Assembly: GCA_965206595.1 (NCBI GenBank)
Contig: OZ242214.1
Location: 2,944,001 to 3,008,000, forward strand
Length of the DNA: 64,000 bases
Source: Candidatus Latescibacterota bacterium
GTDB lineage: Bacteria; Latescibacterota; UBA2968; UBA8231
Direction of reading: 5' to 3'
Part shown: positions 47,719 to 57,605 of the stretch, piece by piece
Layout: every line of letters begins with the position of its first letter
Position numbering within the stretch: the stretch's first letter is position 1
Notes under the pieces: model-generated
Told to the model about the DNA's origin: nothing
The model's input: only the letters and a program-made list of their open reading frames with translations
Databases searched by the model: none
Translations under genes and position numbers: made by a program

Positions 47719-49737
47719 ATGAAGTACTTCGCACTTTTTTTGTTATTCACTTTAAGCCTCGCCACATGCAGAGGACCTCAGGGCCCGCCAGGCCGCGATG
47801 CCGTGGATGGCCAGGTGGGCCCGATGGGGCCTTCCGGCGAGGAAGGGCCCATCGGCGAGGAAGGACCTGAAGGACCCCAAGGGCCTCAGGGGGAAGGGGA
47901 AAAAGGCGATCAGGGGCCTCAAGGCGATCAGGGGCCTCAAGGCGAACAAGGACCTCAAGGGGTAAAAGGGGATCAAGGCCAACAGGGAACCCAGGGCGAG
48001 CAAGGAACCCAGGGGGAACAGGGAACCCAGGGCGAGCAAGGAACCCAGGGGGAACAGGGAACCCAGGGCGAGCAAGGAACCCAGGGGGAACAGGGAACCC
48101 AGGGGGAACAGGGAACCCAGGGGGAACAGGGAACCCAGGGGGGGACCCAGGGGGAACAGGGAACCCAGGGGGAGCAAGGAACCCAGGGGCCTGAGGGATC
48201 CCAAGGACCTCAAGGCGAAGGCCAACAGGGAACCCAGGGCGAGCAAGGAACCCAGGGCGAGCAAGGAACCCAGGGCGATCAAGGGCCCATAGGGCCTCCG
48301 GGCCAACAAGGGGAACAAGGACCCCAGGGGCCTGAGGGACCTCAAGGCGAAGGCGAACAGGGGCCAGAGGGTCCACAAGGACCTGACGGAACCCAAGGCG
48401 AGCAAGGACCTGAAGGCGATCAAGGGCCCATAGGGCCTCCGGGCCAACAAGGGGAACAAGGTCCTGAGGGACCTGCGGGCTCCGGCGATGGCGAACCAGG
48501 GCCTCCCGGGCCTCAAGGGCCTCCTGGCCCCGAAGGACCTCCAGGCGACCAAGGACCTGAGGGACCTGAAGGACCTCCAGGCGATCAAGGACCTGAGGGA
48601 CCTGAGGGACCTGAAGGACTTCCAGGCGATCAAGGACCTGAAGGACTTCCAGGCGATCAAGGACCTGAAGGACCTCCAGGCGATCAAGGACCTGAAGGAC
48701 CTCCAGGCGATCAAGGACCTGAGGGACCGGAAGGACCTCCAGGACCTGGAGGATCCGGAAACGGACCAGGGGGACAGGAACCTCCCGTCTTCGAAGCCAC
48801 GGGAGATAGCGCCGCTCTGGTCGCGCTTTACTATGCTGCGGGCGGGGAATCCTGGACGAATAGGGCCCAGTGGCTCAGCTCCGCCCCCATCAGCGAATGG
48901 TACGGTGTCACCACCAACCCCAGCGGCCGCCTGATCCTTCGGCTGGACCTATCCGAGAATGCGTTGTGGGGGACAATTCCCCCCGAACTTGGTACCCTCA
49001 CCTACCTGGAATACCTGGACCTCTCCGATAACGGGTTGCGGGAGGAGATTCCACCGGAACTGGGAAACCTCGAAAACCTGGAAGTTCTAAACTTGTCCAG
49101 TAATAATTTGGAGGAGGAAATCCCACCCGAACTGGGAAACCTCGAAAGCCTGGAAATCCTCGGCCTGTTCGGCAACGAGTTGGAGGGGGAAATTCCACCG
49201 GAACTGGGAAACCTCCACAATCTGAAAGCGCTGTCCCTGGGTTCCAACAGGTTGGAGGGGGAAATTCCACCGGAACTGGGAAACCTCGAAAACCTGGAAT
49301 TTCTGAACTTGGCAAATAACAGGTTGGAGGGAATTCTACCGGATTTCCTGGCGGACTTCCCCAACCTGGAAGACCTGTTCCTCAATGGAAACCCCCAACT
49401 GAATGGATGCTTGCCGGAGGGGGCGTCGGTGCCGTACTGCACACAGCCAAACAACCTGAATGCAAGGCGCGAGAACGGCGCTACAGTCCTAACCTGGGAT
49501 CCTGTGGAAGGGGCTACCCACTACAATATTTACTACGAAGATTTCTGGAGTGGCTGCTCCGTGACTTCTGGTGGTGTAACTGAAAGTTTATCGTGTGACT
49601 TATTGGAGTCCGGCATCTTCGAGACGACCTACGTCCACACCATTAGGGCGGACGACGATGCTGAATACTGGGTTGCTACCTGCAACAACGATGGGTGCTC
49701 ACCCATATATAGTTATGACTCTGGAGCCAGCCCTTAG
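47719..49737 (+). CDS. Lipoprotein with a long collagen stalk, plant-type LRRs and an FN3-like domain
   Basis: Lipobox-like SLATC, about 330 aa of mostly [15 protein letters not shown] repeats and [15 protein letters not shown]. Confidence 0.88.
   Translation: MKYFALFLLFTLSLATCRGPQGPPGRDAVDGQVGPMGPSGEEGPIGEEGPEGPQGPQGEGEKGDQGPQGDQGPQGEQGPQGVKGDQGQQGTQGEQGTQGEQGTQGEQGTQGEQGTQGEQGTQGEQGTQGEQGTQGEQGTQGGTQGEQGTQGEQGTQGPEGSQGPQGEGQQGTQGEQGTQGEQGTQGDQGPIGPPGQQGEQGPQGPEGPQGEGEQGPEGPQGPDGTQGEQGPEGDQGPIGPPGQQGEQGPEGPAGSGDGEPGPPGPQGPPGPEGPPGDQGPEGPEGPPGDQGPEGPEGPEGLPGDQGPEGLPGDQGPEGPPGDQGPEGPPGDQGPEGPEGPPGPGGSGNGPGGQEPPVFEATGDSAALVALYYAAGGESWTNRAQWLSSAPISEWYGVTTNPSGRLILRLDLSENALWGTIPPELGTLTYLEYLDLSDNGLREEIPPELGNLENLEVLNLSSNNLEEEIPPELGNLESLEILGLFGNELEGEIPPELGNLHNLKALSLGSNRLEGEIPPELGNLENLEFLNLANNRLEGILPDFLADFPNLEDLFLNGNPQLNGCLPEGASVPYCTQPNNLNARRENGATVLTWDPVEGATHYNIYYEDFWSGCSVTSGGVTESLSCDLLESGIFETTYVHTIRADDDAEYWVATCNNDGCSPIYSYDSGASP
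47940..48275 (+). repeat. 18-bp tandem repeat encoding GEQGTQ
   Basis: GG(G/C)GA(A/G)CA(A/G)GGAACCCAG reiterated more than 10 times, with one shortened unit near 48135. Confidence 0.9.
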
Positions 49738-49882
49738 GATAAATTTGGACCAGGAGTACTCATCCGACCACTGTTCAGCGGTCAGCACAAACCCCGGGCC
49801 GGATGAGTACGCCTCTTCCCTATCCGACGGCTTGGATCTGACTCGCAGGAAATACCTCCTTCACCCAGGAAGATGGAACCCC

Positions 49883-50245
49883 ATGCGCGGATGGAGGCGA
49901 ATCCCACTTCTCGGGCTGCTGTTGGGCTGGGCTGCTTGTGGAGCCAGCGGCAAGGGAACCGGGCCGGAGCCGGTAGTTGAGCCGGAACCGGTTGTTGAGT
50001 CGGAACCGGTGGTCGAATCGGAGCCGGTTGTCGAATCGGAGCCGGAACCAAAATGGAAGTGGACTTGTACCGCTACCGCCACTGGCAGAGACCGCCTCTT
50101 CGGAGCGCAAGTTTCTGGCACCATCAGTGTCTCTGAAGACACCGAGGCAGAAGCCCGACAGGATCTTCAGGACGCGGCCTGCTTGATATACAAAGATTGT
50201 GGACAGCTTCAGAACATATCCTGTGATGAACGGGAGGAATCTTAG
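49883..50245 (+). CDS. Small lipoprotein with (E/S)EPVV repeats and a Cys-rich domain
   Basis: Lipobox WAAC, four 18-bp repeats and 4 Cys in the C-terminal domain. Confidence 0.7.
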   Translation: MRGWRRIPLLGLLLGWAACGASGKGTGPEPVVEPEPVVESEPVVESEPVVESEPEPKWKWTCTATATGRDRLFGAQVSGTISVSEDTEAEARQDLQDAACLIYKDCGQLQNISCDEREES

Positions 50246-50304
50246 ACGTGGGCGAACCACGCACCCGTGCCGGTTTACTTATTGCATCCGGAAGGAGGCA
50301 GTCG

Positions 50305-51423
50305 ATGAACTACTTTGCGTTCATATCGTTGTTAGCTTTCGGCCTCGTCGCATGCGAAGGGCCTCCAGGGCCGATGGGGCCTCCAGGATCTCAGGGCGAG
50401 CAAGGGCCCCCTGGGCCCCAAGGCGAAGCCGAACAAGGACCTGAGGGACCCCAAGGACCCCAAGGACCACAGGGGCCCCCGGGACAACAAGGGCCTGAAG
50501 GATCCCAAGGCGAGACAGATGAACAAGGACCTGTTGCCTCCCCTGCCCTGTCAGATAGTACCGTGCTGGTCGCGTTCTACGATGCCACGGGCGGAGAAAG
50601 CTGGAAGGACAACACCAACTGGTTGAGTGAGGCCCCCATCGTCGAATGGTACGGCGTCACCACCAACCCGGGCGGCAGTTACGTCACCCGGCTCGATCTC
50701 GCGGAGAACGGATTGTGGGGAACGATCCCGCCGGAACTGGCCCACCTTGTCTACCTGGAATTCCTCAACCTGCGCAGCAACGAGCTCCGGGGGGAGATTC
50801 CGGCGGAACTGGCCAACCTTGGCAGCCTGGAAATCCTGGGCCTGGAAAACAACAATCTGCAGGGGGAAGTTCCATCGGGATTAGGCAAACTTGCCAACCT
50901 GCTGGCGCTGGCCCTGGGGAACAACAAGCTGCAGGGGGAGATTCCAACGGTCCTGGGAAACCTCGAAAACCTGGAATATCTGAGCCTCAACGATAACAGG
51001 CTGGAGGGAGTGGTCCCGTCCGAACTGGGAAACCTCGAAAACCTGCAAATCCTGTTTCTCGATGGAAACAACCAGCTGAATGGATGCCTGCCCGAGGGGG
51101 CGTCGGTGCCGTACTGCACAAGTCCAGGAAACCAACGATTCGGGTGGGATGATGAAACGATAGTCGTCAGTTGGGAGCCTGTGGAAAGGGCTACCCACTA
51201 CAATATCTACTGGGACGATTTCTTCACCTCCTGCCATCTGGAGCAAAGCGGCAAGCCGAGTTGGTGCGAGGAACTTGCTACACAGGTCTCCGAGACGACC
51301 TACGTTCACACTGACGCACCGGAACCAGGCATTTTCGACATCAACTACTGGGTCACTGCCTGTAACAGCGATGGGTGCTCGAAGATCGACACTGAAAACC
51401 CGGCCAGGTCTTCGACGCAGTAG
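50305..51423 (+). CDS. Lipoprotein with short collagen, LRR and FN3-like domains
   Basis: Lipobox LVAC. Paralogue of 47719..49737, sharing [14 protein letters not shown]. Confidence 0.88.
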   Translation: MNYFAFISLLAFGLVACEGPPGPMGPPGSQGEQGPPGPQGEAEQGPEGPQGPQGPQGPPGQQGPEGSQGETDEQGPVASPALSDSTVLVAFYDATGGESWKDNTNWLSEAPIVEWYGVTTNPGGSYVTRLDLAENGLWGTIPPELAHLVYLEFLNLRSNELRGEIPAELANLGSLEILGLENNNLQGEVPSGLGKLANLLALALGNNKLQGEIPTVLGNLENLEYLSLNDNRLEGVVPSELGNLENLQILFLDGNNQLNGCLPEGASVPYCTSPGNQRFGWDDETIVVSWEPVERATHYNIYWDDFFTSCHLEQSGKPSWCEELATQVSETTYVHTDAPEPGIFDINYWVTACNSDGCSKIDTENPARSSTQ

Positions 51424-51487
51424 AAACAAACCTTGCAAGATGGCTTTCATCGGAAACCGGCCCTCTTCATCTGAAAGGAGACAGGCA

Positions 51488-52480
51488 ATGAAATATCTGG
51501 CGCTTTCTTTGGTTTTTGCTTTCGCCCTCACCACATGCACAGGCCCTGAGGGACCAGTGGGACCTCAAGGTCCCCAAGGAGAAAAGGGTGAGCCAGGACC
51601 TGAAGGATCCCAGGGTCCTCAAGGCGAAGGAGAACAAGGGCCGCAAGGGCCAGAGGGACCTCAAGGGCCTCAAGGGGAACAAGGACCTGAGGGACCCCAG
51701 GGGGAAGGGGAACAAGGACCTGAGGGACCTCAAGGCGAACGAGGGTCCACGTACAGCATGCTGTACTGGGCGGACTCCGATGCGGGCAAGATTCAGCGCG
51801 CCAACCTCGACGGTTCCGAAGTTCAAACCATCGTCTCCGGATTGGAGGATCCGGAGGGCATTGCCCTCGACGTGGGCGGTGGGAAGATATACTGGACGGA
51901 ATGGGAGAGCGTTAAGCGGGCAAACCTCGATGGCACCCAGCTCGAAAGCCTCGGCACCGTATGGGGAAGTGACATCGCTTTGGACGTGGCCGAAGGCAAG
52001 TCGTACTTGGCGAACTGGAAAGAGACAATCTACCGTACGGGCCTCGGCGGCTCCCCGGTCGAAACCCTCGTCACCGAAGCGGGTGCATCGGAGGCCATCG
52101 CCCTGGATCTGAGCAGAGGAAAGATGTACTGGGGGGGCTGGCGCGGGGAGGAGATCAGGTGGGCGGACCTCGACGGATCCAAAGTCGAAATAATCGTCAC
52201 CGGAGTGGATCGTGTACGCGACCTGACGGTCGACGAGGGCGCGGGCAAGCTGTACTGGGCGTCGGATGCCGGGGTTCAGCGGGCAAACCTCGATGGTTCC
52301 CAGGTCGAAACCCTCTTCTCCGAAAACAGTATGGGCATTGCCCTCGACCTGGGCGGTGGGAAGATATACTGGACGGAATGGATCGAGGAGAGGATTCGAC
52401 GGGCAAATCTCGACGGGTCACAGGTCCAAACCATCGTCACCGGTTTGGAGTGGCCGCGCGATATCGCCTTGAGTCCCTGA
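51488..52480 (+). CDS. Lipoprotein with short collagen and a YWTD propeller
   Basis: Lipobox-like LTTC, G-X-Y run and YW(A/T)D..RANLDGS repeats. Confidence 0.88.
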   Translation: MKYLALSLVFAFALTTCTGPEGPVGPQGPQGEKGEPGPEGSQGPQGEGEQGPQGPEGPQGPQGEQGPEGPQGEGEQGPEGPQGERGSTYSMLYWADSDAGKIQRANLDGSEVQTIVSGLEDPEGIALDVGGGKIYWTEWESVKRANLDGTQLESLGTVWGSDIALDVAEGKSYLANWKETIYRTGLGGSPVETLVTEAGASEAIALDLSRGKMYWGGWRGEEIRWADLDGSKVEIIVTGVDRVRDLTVDEGAGKLYWASDAGVQRANLDGSQVETLFSENSMGIALDLGGGKIYWTEWIEERIRRANLDGSQVQTIVTGLEWPRDIALSP

Positions 52481-52576
52481 AATCTGAAAGGAGCGGGAAC
52501 AGCCCGGAAAGTTGCGGTTTTTTCCCAGGCCTGTTTGCAGCGCTTTTTCGACGGCCATCCCGAACCATAAGGAATC

Positions 52577-54172
52577 ATGAGAAAACACCTCCTGCCCTCA
52601 ATCGTTTTTTCGGTAGCGGCCTGGACCTTTTTGCCCAGGTACATCGAGGCCCAAATAGATGTCGATGTTGTTTCTGAAAGCATCGTCCGTGTTCGCGCGT
52701 ACCAGAAAGACCAGGTTGCGGTTGAGGGAGCCGGGTTTGTCGTCCATGAAACGGGATATGTCCTGACTAATGCCCATCTCGTGGAGAAAGCGGAGCGAAT
52801 AACGGTATTGTCCCTGAAAACGGGCGCCGAGGTGGTTCCCGAGCCGGTGTTCGCCAATCGGGAAATCAACCTGGCCCTTTTGCAGGCACAAAGTTTGAAC
52901 CTGCCTCCTCTCAGGCTATCCGAAAAGTCAGCCGATGTGGGCCGAGCCGTTCAGACGCTGCGCTTCGATGTCATGAGGAATGCCTGGCTTTCTCAGGGGA
53001 CGATAGGTGCCTACGAAACCATTTTTGACAAAAAGGCAGGCCTCCCCGTGGGGCGCCTGCTGCAGCACAATGCCTTGATAACCGCAACAGCCTTCGGCAT
53101 GCCCTTGTTCAACGAATGCGGAGACGTGGTGGCCATCAACATGCCGAACCCTCGCAGCGGCCCGTGGCCGTTTCGCACAGCGAAACCGAAAGGAGCCGTT
53201 TTTGCCTTGAGCAGCAAAAACATGATAGCTGCTCTCGACGACCGGAAAATCGCACATCATGCGGTAAATACTGAATGCCTGAGTGCTCTGGAGCGGGCGG
53301 AACGGGAGGGACTGGCGACTGCGGACAGCCTCAAGCTGGCAAGGGCGCAGGCCGACTCGGCGAGAAGGGCCGCAAAAGAGGCAGAAGAGAAAGAAGTGGC
53401 GTCCCGACAAGAAGCGGAAAGCGTGAAAGCCCGAGCAGACGCTATGAGAAAGGCGGCAGCCGAGAGCATTCAGGCTGCCAAGGCCCAGGTAGAAAGTCTG
53501 AAGACGGCGACAGCGCGGGCAGACTTAACGGGAAAAGCTGCGACCGACAGTCTGCTGGCTGACAAGGCCCAGCCCGAAAGCCTGGAGACAGCAAAAGCGT
53601 GGCCCGATTCCGGGACTGATTACGCCGCCGGCAGCAGTAAGGAAGCAACACAGGAGGTCCCGTTGAGCTTGAAGTGGGGAATTCCAATCGGGGGGGCACT
53701 GGTGTTGCTCTCCCTTCTCGGTTGGTTGCTTGCCTCCCAGCGAAGAAAGGAACAGCTACGCAGTGCGGAGTCCCGTTTGCGTGCAGCGGAAGAAACAGCT
53801 GAAGCAGCGCACCAGGCTGCGGCGGCCGCACCGAAACCCGCCCCTTTCAGATGCCTGCTGGAAGGCCGGGACAGCTCCGGGCGGCAATTCGCATTGACCG
53901 TATCGGCCCTGGCATTGGGTGATCCGGCCGGCGTAACGCTGGGGAGAAGCCCGGAAAACGCCGATTTCGTCATCGACCACGAAGCAGTCTCCCGCGAACA
54001 CGTTCGCCTCAGGTGCACTGGCGCCACGCTCTACGCGGAGGACTTGAACGCACTGAACGGGACAAAGGTGAATGGCCGTTTGCTGAACCCGCATGAAACG
54101 GCGGTTCTCCAAAACGAGGATCGACTCGAGATAGGCCCGATTGCTTTCTCCGTGCGCCTGGTCCAGGAGTGA
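52577..54172 (+). CDS. Single-pass protein: inactive trypsin-like domain, Ala-rich helical stalk, TM helix and FHA domain
   Basis: GAGFVV..VLTNAHLV. Catalytic Asp site reads NLALL and Ser site reads TAFGMPL. FHA motifs LGRS..VSREH..NGTKVNG. Confidence 0.85.
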   Translation: MRKHLLPSIVFSVAAWTFLPRYIEAQIDVDVVSESIVRVRAYQKDQVAVEGAGFVVHETGYVLTNAHLVEKAERITVLSLKTGAEVVPEPVFANREINLALLQAQSLNLPPLRLSEKSADVGRAVQTLRFDVMRNAWLSQGTIGAYETIFDKKAGLPVGRLLQHNALITATAFGMPLFNECGDVVAINMPNPRSGPWPFRTAKPKGAVFALSSKNMIAALDDRKIAHHAVNTECLSALERAEREGLATADSLKLARAQADSARRAAKEAEEKEVASRQEAESVKARADAMRKAAAESIQAAKAQVESLKTATARADLTGKAATDSLLADKAQPESLETAKAWPDSGTDYAAGSSKEATQEVPLSLKWGIPIGGALVLLSLLGWLLASQRRKEQLRSAESRLRAAEETAEAAHQAAAAAPKPAPFRCLLEGRDSSGRQFALTVSALALGDPAGVTLGRSPENADFVIDHEAVSREHVRLRCTGATLYAEDLNALNGTKVNGRLLNPHETAVLQNEDRLEIGPIAFSVRLVQE

Positions 54173-54179
54173 GTGAAAA

Positions 54180-55130
54180 ATGAAAAGACGCAGGCCCGAA
54201 CTCAACGTTTTCAGCATGTCCGCGCTCGACCTGCTCGCATCGGCCCTCGGTGCTTTCATCCTGATTACCGTAGTGCTTATCCCCCTGTTTCCGAATCTGG
54301 AAATCCTGGGACAGGTCAGGGGGGAGTTGGCTCAGACAAGAACCGAGTTGGAGCAGACGAAGTCAGACCTTGACCTGGCAATGGCGGACCTGGACCGGAA
54401 GGAATCCAGATCCCGGTTGGACAAGGAAAAATCAGAGCGGGAAAGAACTGAATTGGAGCGCAAAAATATCGAGCTGAAACAGGAAGGGGCCAAGCTCGAG
54501 CAGAAAAAGACATTGGCTCAACAAACCAAATCCGAACTTGTGGAACAGGTGCAGGCGTTGCAACAGCAGATAGACGACACGAGCGTTCTGCTTGGTATAA
54601 AGACAAAGGCGAAAAAGTTCGTATTCGTCATAGATATGTCGGGGAGCATTTACCATCCCGGAGAGCACGACTATCGGCAGTTCATATCACTGTCCATACA
54701 AAACATGCTCGCTTCTTTCAAATCCGAAATAGAGGTCTGCCTGATCGGTTTTCAGGCTCCTGAACGAGGAACCGTGTTGCATTTCTGGCCCGAAAGCAAG
54801 GAATACTTCCAAGTCAAGAAGGATGCACCAAATCAGCTTATTGGAAAGATAAGCGACTGGATGGGAATGGTAGATGGCGTCACACCCACCCGCCCCGCCT
54901 TGCTGGCGGCCATTGCCTTGGACCCCGAAGAAATCATCCTTCTGAGCGATGGAGCTCCCTCGGAGGATTGGCGCACGGTGGTGCGAGCCGTAACCGCTGA
55001 AAACAGCCAGAGAATACCCATACACGCAGTAGCCGTCGGGAATTACACCGCCGACCGCAAGTTCATCGATTTTCTCGTGCATTTGACAAAGCAAAACAAC
55101 GGGTACGTGGTGGGAGCAAAACCGGGCTGA
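54180..55130 (+). CDS. vWA-domain protein with an ExbD/MotB-like N-terminal TM helix and a coiled coil
   Basis: ELNVFSMSALDLLASALGAFILI has an intramembrane Asp. MIDAS residues DMSGS, T and LSDG. Confidence 0.8.
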   Translation: MKRRRPELNVFSMSALDLLASALGAFILITVVLIPLFPNLEILGQVRGELAQTRTELEQTKSDLDLAMADLDRKESRSRLDKEKSERERTELERKNIELKQEGAKLEQKKTLAQQTKSELVEQVQALQQQIDDTSVLLGIKTKAKKFVFVIDMSGSIYHPGEHDYRQFISLSIQNMLASFKSEIEVCLIGFQAPERGTVLHFWPESKEYFQVKKDAPNQLIGKISDWMGMVDGVTPTRPALLAAIALDPEEIILLSDGAPSEDWRTVVRAVTAENSQRIPIHAVAVGNYTADRKFIDFLVHLTKQNNGYVVGAKPG

Positions 55131-55156
55131 AATGAACAGCCGAGAGGAGAATAGGC

Positions 55157-55957
55157 ATGGCGAAATCGAACATGATCAAAGCGAAAAGCATCAACAGGGA
55201 GCAACGCCTGATCGCCAGCGTCGTCAGTCTGTCCGGCGGCATTTTATACATAGCGGCTCTGAGTTTTGTTTTCGATCAGCCCGATTCCATTGCAGGCGAT
55301 TTTCTGTTGGATCGGAACTCCAAAAACTTCTCCTACCCGTTCACCATCCAGAACCTCATGTGGCTGTTGTTCTGGTTCGGCTGCGGTGAGCTCTGTGTGC
55401 GCTTCAACCAGGCCAAACTCGAGATGCAGCAGATTTCAAAAGGGTACCTGCCGGAAGGGGATGAGGTTATGCTTCAGGCCCACGAATTGGGGCCCTTGCA
55501 CCAGAAATCCATGCCCGTGGCCAGGGAGCGGACCTTTTATCTACCGCGTCTGATCGGGCGTTGCATCCTGCAATTTCAGGGAAGCCGCTCCGTCAACCAG
55601 GCCAACTCTCTACTGAATTCTTCCCTTGAATTGTTTCAGCACGAGCTCGATCTCAAATATTCGATGCTGCGCTACCTCGTCTGGCTCATTCCAACGATGG
55701 GTTTTGTAGGCACTGTTCTCGGCATCGCCCTGTCTTTGGACTATGCCGCCAAAATTGTAGACCCGCACGACCCGACCTTGCTGCGCCAGATCACGGGGCG
55801 GCTCGGCGTCGCCTTCTACACTACCCTGCTTGCCCTGGTCCAGTCCATACTTCTGGTGTTTGCGCTCCACATTGCTCAAACCCGGGAAGAGATGGCCCTG
55901 AACCAATCCGGGCAATACTGCTTGGACAACCTGATCAACCGGCTCTACGAAAAGTAA
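55157..55957 (+). CDS. MotA/TolQ/ExbB proton-channel family protein
   Basis: IPTMGFVGTVLGI and GVAFYTTLLAL. Four hydrophobic helices. Confidence 0.88.
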   Translation: MAKSNMIKAKSINREQRLIASVVSLSGGILYIAALSFVFDQPDSIAGDFLLDRNSKNFSYPFTIQNLMWLLFWFGCGELCVRFNQAKLEMQQISKGYLPEGDEVMLQAHELGPLHQKSMPVARERTFYLPRLIGRCILQFQGSRSVNQANSLLNSSLELFQHELDLKYSMLRYLVWLIPTMGFVGTVLGIALSLDYAAKIVDPHDPTLLRQITGRLGVAFYTTLLALVQSILLVFALHIAQTREEMALNQSGQYCLDNLINRLYEK

Positions 55958-56010
55958 GTCTCCTTCGAGACCTCTGCGCCTTTGGAAAGCCCTAGAAAGG
56001 AAGGAAACCC

Positions 56011-56664
56011 ATGCCCGTTTTCCGCCGCCCCGATGGCAATATCACCGAGAAAAAGACCGAGAAATCCGAAAAGGACTCCCCCTCGCCCGACCAGGCCAAA
56101 AGGCCGCTGCCACCTGCATCTCAGGAAGGCAATCAAGCAGCCGGTCCCGGGCGTTTCGATGCAGCCACCAAGCGGATGGAGACCGACCGTACTCCACCCG
56201 ACCCGGGAGAGGAGGAAAAAACGCGGCTGGTGGGTGGCCGGGCGCCGCGAGCGGACACAGGCGTCCGCCAGGAAAGCGCCCAAGAGGGCCGCGGCATGGA
56301 TGATCCGGTGGTGGGATGGTTGGTGATCGTCGAGGGGCCGGGAAAAGGCCGGGCCGTCCAGTTGGGTTATGGATCCAATTCCCTCGGGCGCGGCGCAACC
56401 GACCGCGTCAAACTCGATTTCGGCGACGACCAGATTTCGCGAAACGGCCATGCGGTGGTCACGTACGATCCCCGCGGACGGAAGTTCTACGTGCAGCACG
56501 GCGGCGGCACCAACCTGACGTATCTCGGCGATCGGCCCGTTCTCGCACCGACCGAGTTGCCGGCCCAGGGCCGGATCGGCATCGGGAATACGGTTCTCCG
56601 GTTCGTGCCCTTCTGCGGCTTCGCGTTCGACTGGCAGGACTCGGAAGGAAGCGAAGACCCTTGA
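56011..56664 (+). CDS. FHA-domain protein with a disordered N-terminus
   Basis: PVVGWLVIVEGPGKG, LGRG, ISR..HA and IGIGNTVLRFVPFCG. Confidence 0.88.
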   Translation: MPVFRRPDGNITEKKTEKSEKDSPSPDQAKRPLPPASQEGNQAAGPGRFDAATKRMETDRTPPDPGEEEKTRLVGGRAPRADTGVRQESAQEGRGMDDPVVGWLVIVEGPGKGRAVQLGYGSNSLGRGATDRVKLDFGDDQISRNGHAVVTYDPRGRKFYVQHGGGTNLTYLGDRPVLAPTELPAQGRIGIGNTVLRFVPFCGFAFDWQDSEGSEDP

Positions 56665-57605
56665 CCGAAAGCGGTCGCTGTGCCGCGAAGCAAATCCGCG
56701 GCAAACGGAGCTATCAGGAAGACGATTACGGCTTCCTCGATGCGCGCGCCCTTGGAAAAGACCGTTACGAACACTCCCTGTTATTGGTGGCCGACGGCAT
56801 GGGCGGGCATGTCGGCGGCGCTGCCGCCAGCGGCCTTCTGAGAAGGATCTTCGTCGAGGCCTACCCGCGGGCTTCCGGATCGATCACCGATCGCCTCCAG
56901 GGCTGCCTGCAATCGGCCAATGCAGCCATGGCCGACGCCATTGCCCAGAAACCCGAACTGGACAGCATGGGTTCCACTTTGGTCGCGGCGGTCGTCTCGA
57001 GCGAAGGCCTGAACTGGATCAGCGTCGGGGATTCCCCGTTGTGGTTGTTCCGCAAAGGCGCACTGGCGCGGTTGAACGCGGACCACTCCATGGCACCGGT
57101 TCTCGCGGACCTGGTAGCTACCGGGAGGATGACCGAAGAGGAAGCCGCCCGGGATCCAAGCCGGCATTCGCTGCGGTCCGCGGTCATGGGCGATGACATA
57201 CATCTGGTGGATGTATCGCCGCGGCCGGTGCCCGTGGAGAAAGGCGACCGGCTGCTGTTGGCCAGCGACGGTTTGATGACCCTCGGCGACCGGGAGATCG
57301 CCGGTATCCTCGAGGAAACGCAGGACGCGTCATTGGAGGATAGCGCCGCGGCCCTTATCCAGGCCGTGGAAGCCGCCGAAAATCCCCGTCAGGACAATAC
57401 CACCCTCTTGTTGTACGCCCCTGCTGAAGGCACGGAAACGGCTGCTGACGCTTCCGAAGAAGCCGATCAGGGGATGCCCCGATTGAGACGCTGGGCCAGA
57501 CTGTTGGGACGAGCCGCGGGCAGAAAACGAAAAGGGGTCCAGACCGGAGAAGGAGATGAGAGTGCAGGGCCGTCGCCGCTACCATCCACCCCCGGTTCCG
57601 GCTGA
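56661..57605 (+). CDS. PP2C/PPM Ser/Thr phosphatase
   Basis: RSYQED, VADGMGGH, VGDS, LASDG and QDNTT. TTG start overlaps the FHA stop. Confidence 0.92.
   Translation: MTESGRCAAKQIRGKRSYQEDDYGFLDARALGKDRYEHSLLLVADGMGGHVGGAAASGLLRRIFVEAYPRASGSITDRLQGCLQSANAAMADAIAQKPELDSMGSTLVAAVVSSEGLNWISVGDSPLWLFRKGALARLNADHSMAPVLADLVATGRMTEEEAARDPSRHSLRSAVMGDDIHLVDVSPRPVPVEKGDRLLLASDGLMTLGDREIAGILEETQDASLEDSAAALIQAVEAAENPRQDNTTLLLYAPAEGTETAADASEEADQGMPRLRRWARLLGRAAGRKRKGVQTGEGDESAGPSPLPSTPGSG

Noticed and set aside
47940-48750. Short tandem repeats as a CRISPR array
   Set aside because: They are contiguous 9/18/27-nt coding repeats for collagen G-X-Y.
54180-55957. Zorya, flagellar stator or TonB system call
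   Set aside because: No OmpA-like domain, long ZorA tail, ZorC/D/E, TonB or flagellar genes are present.
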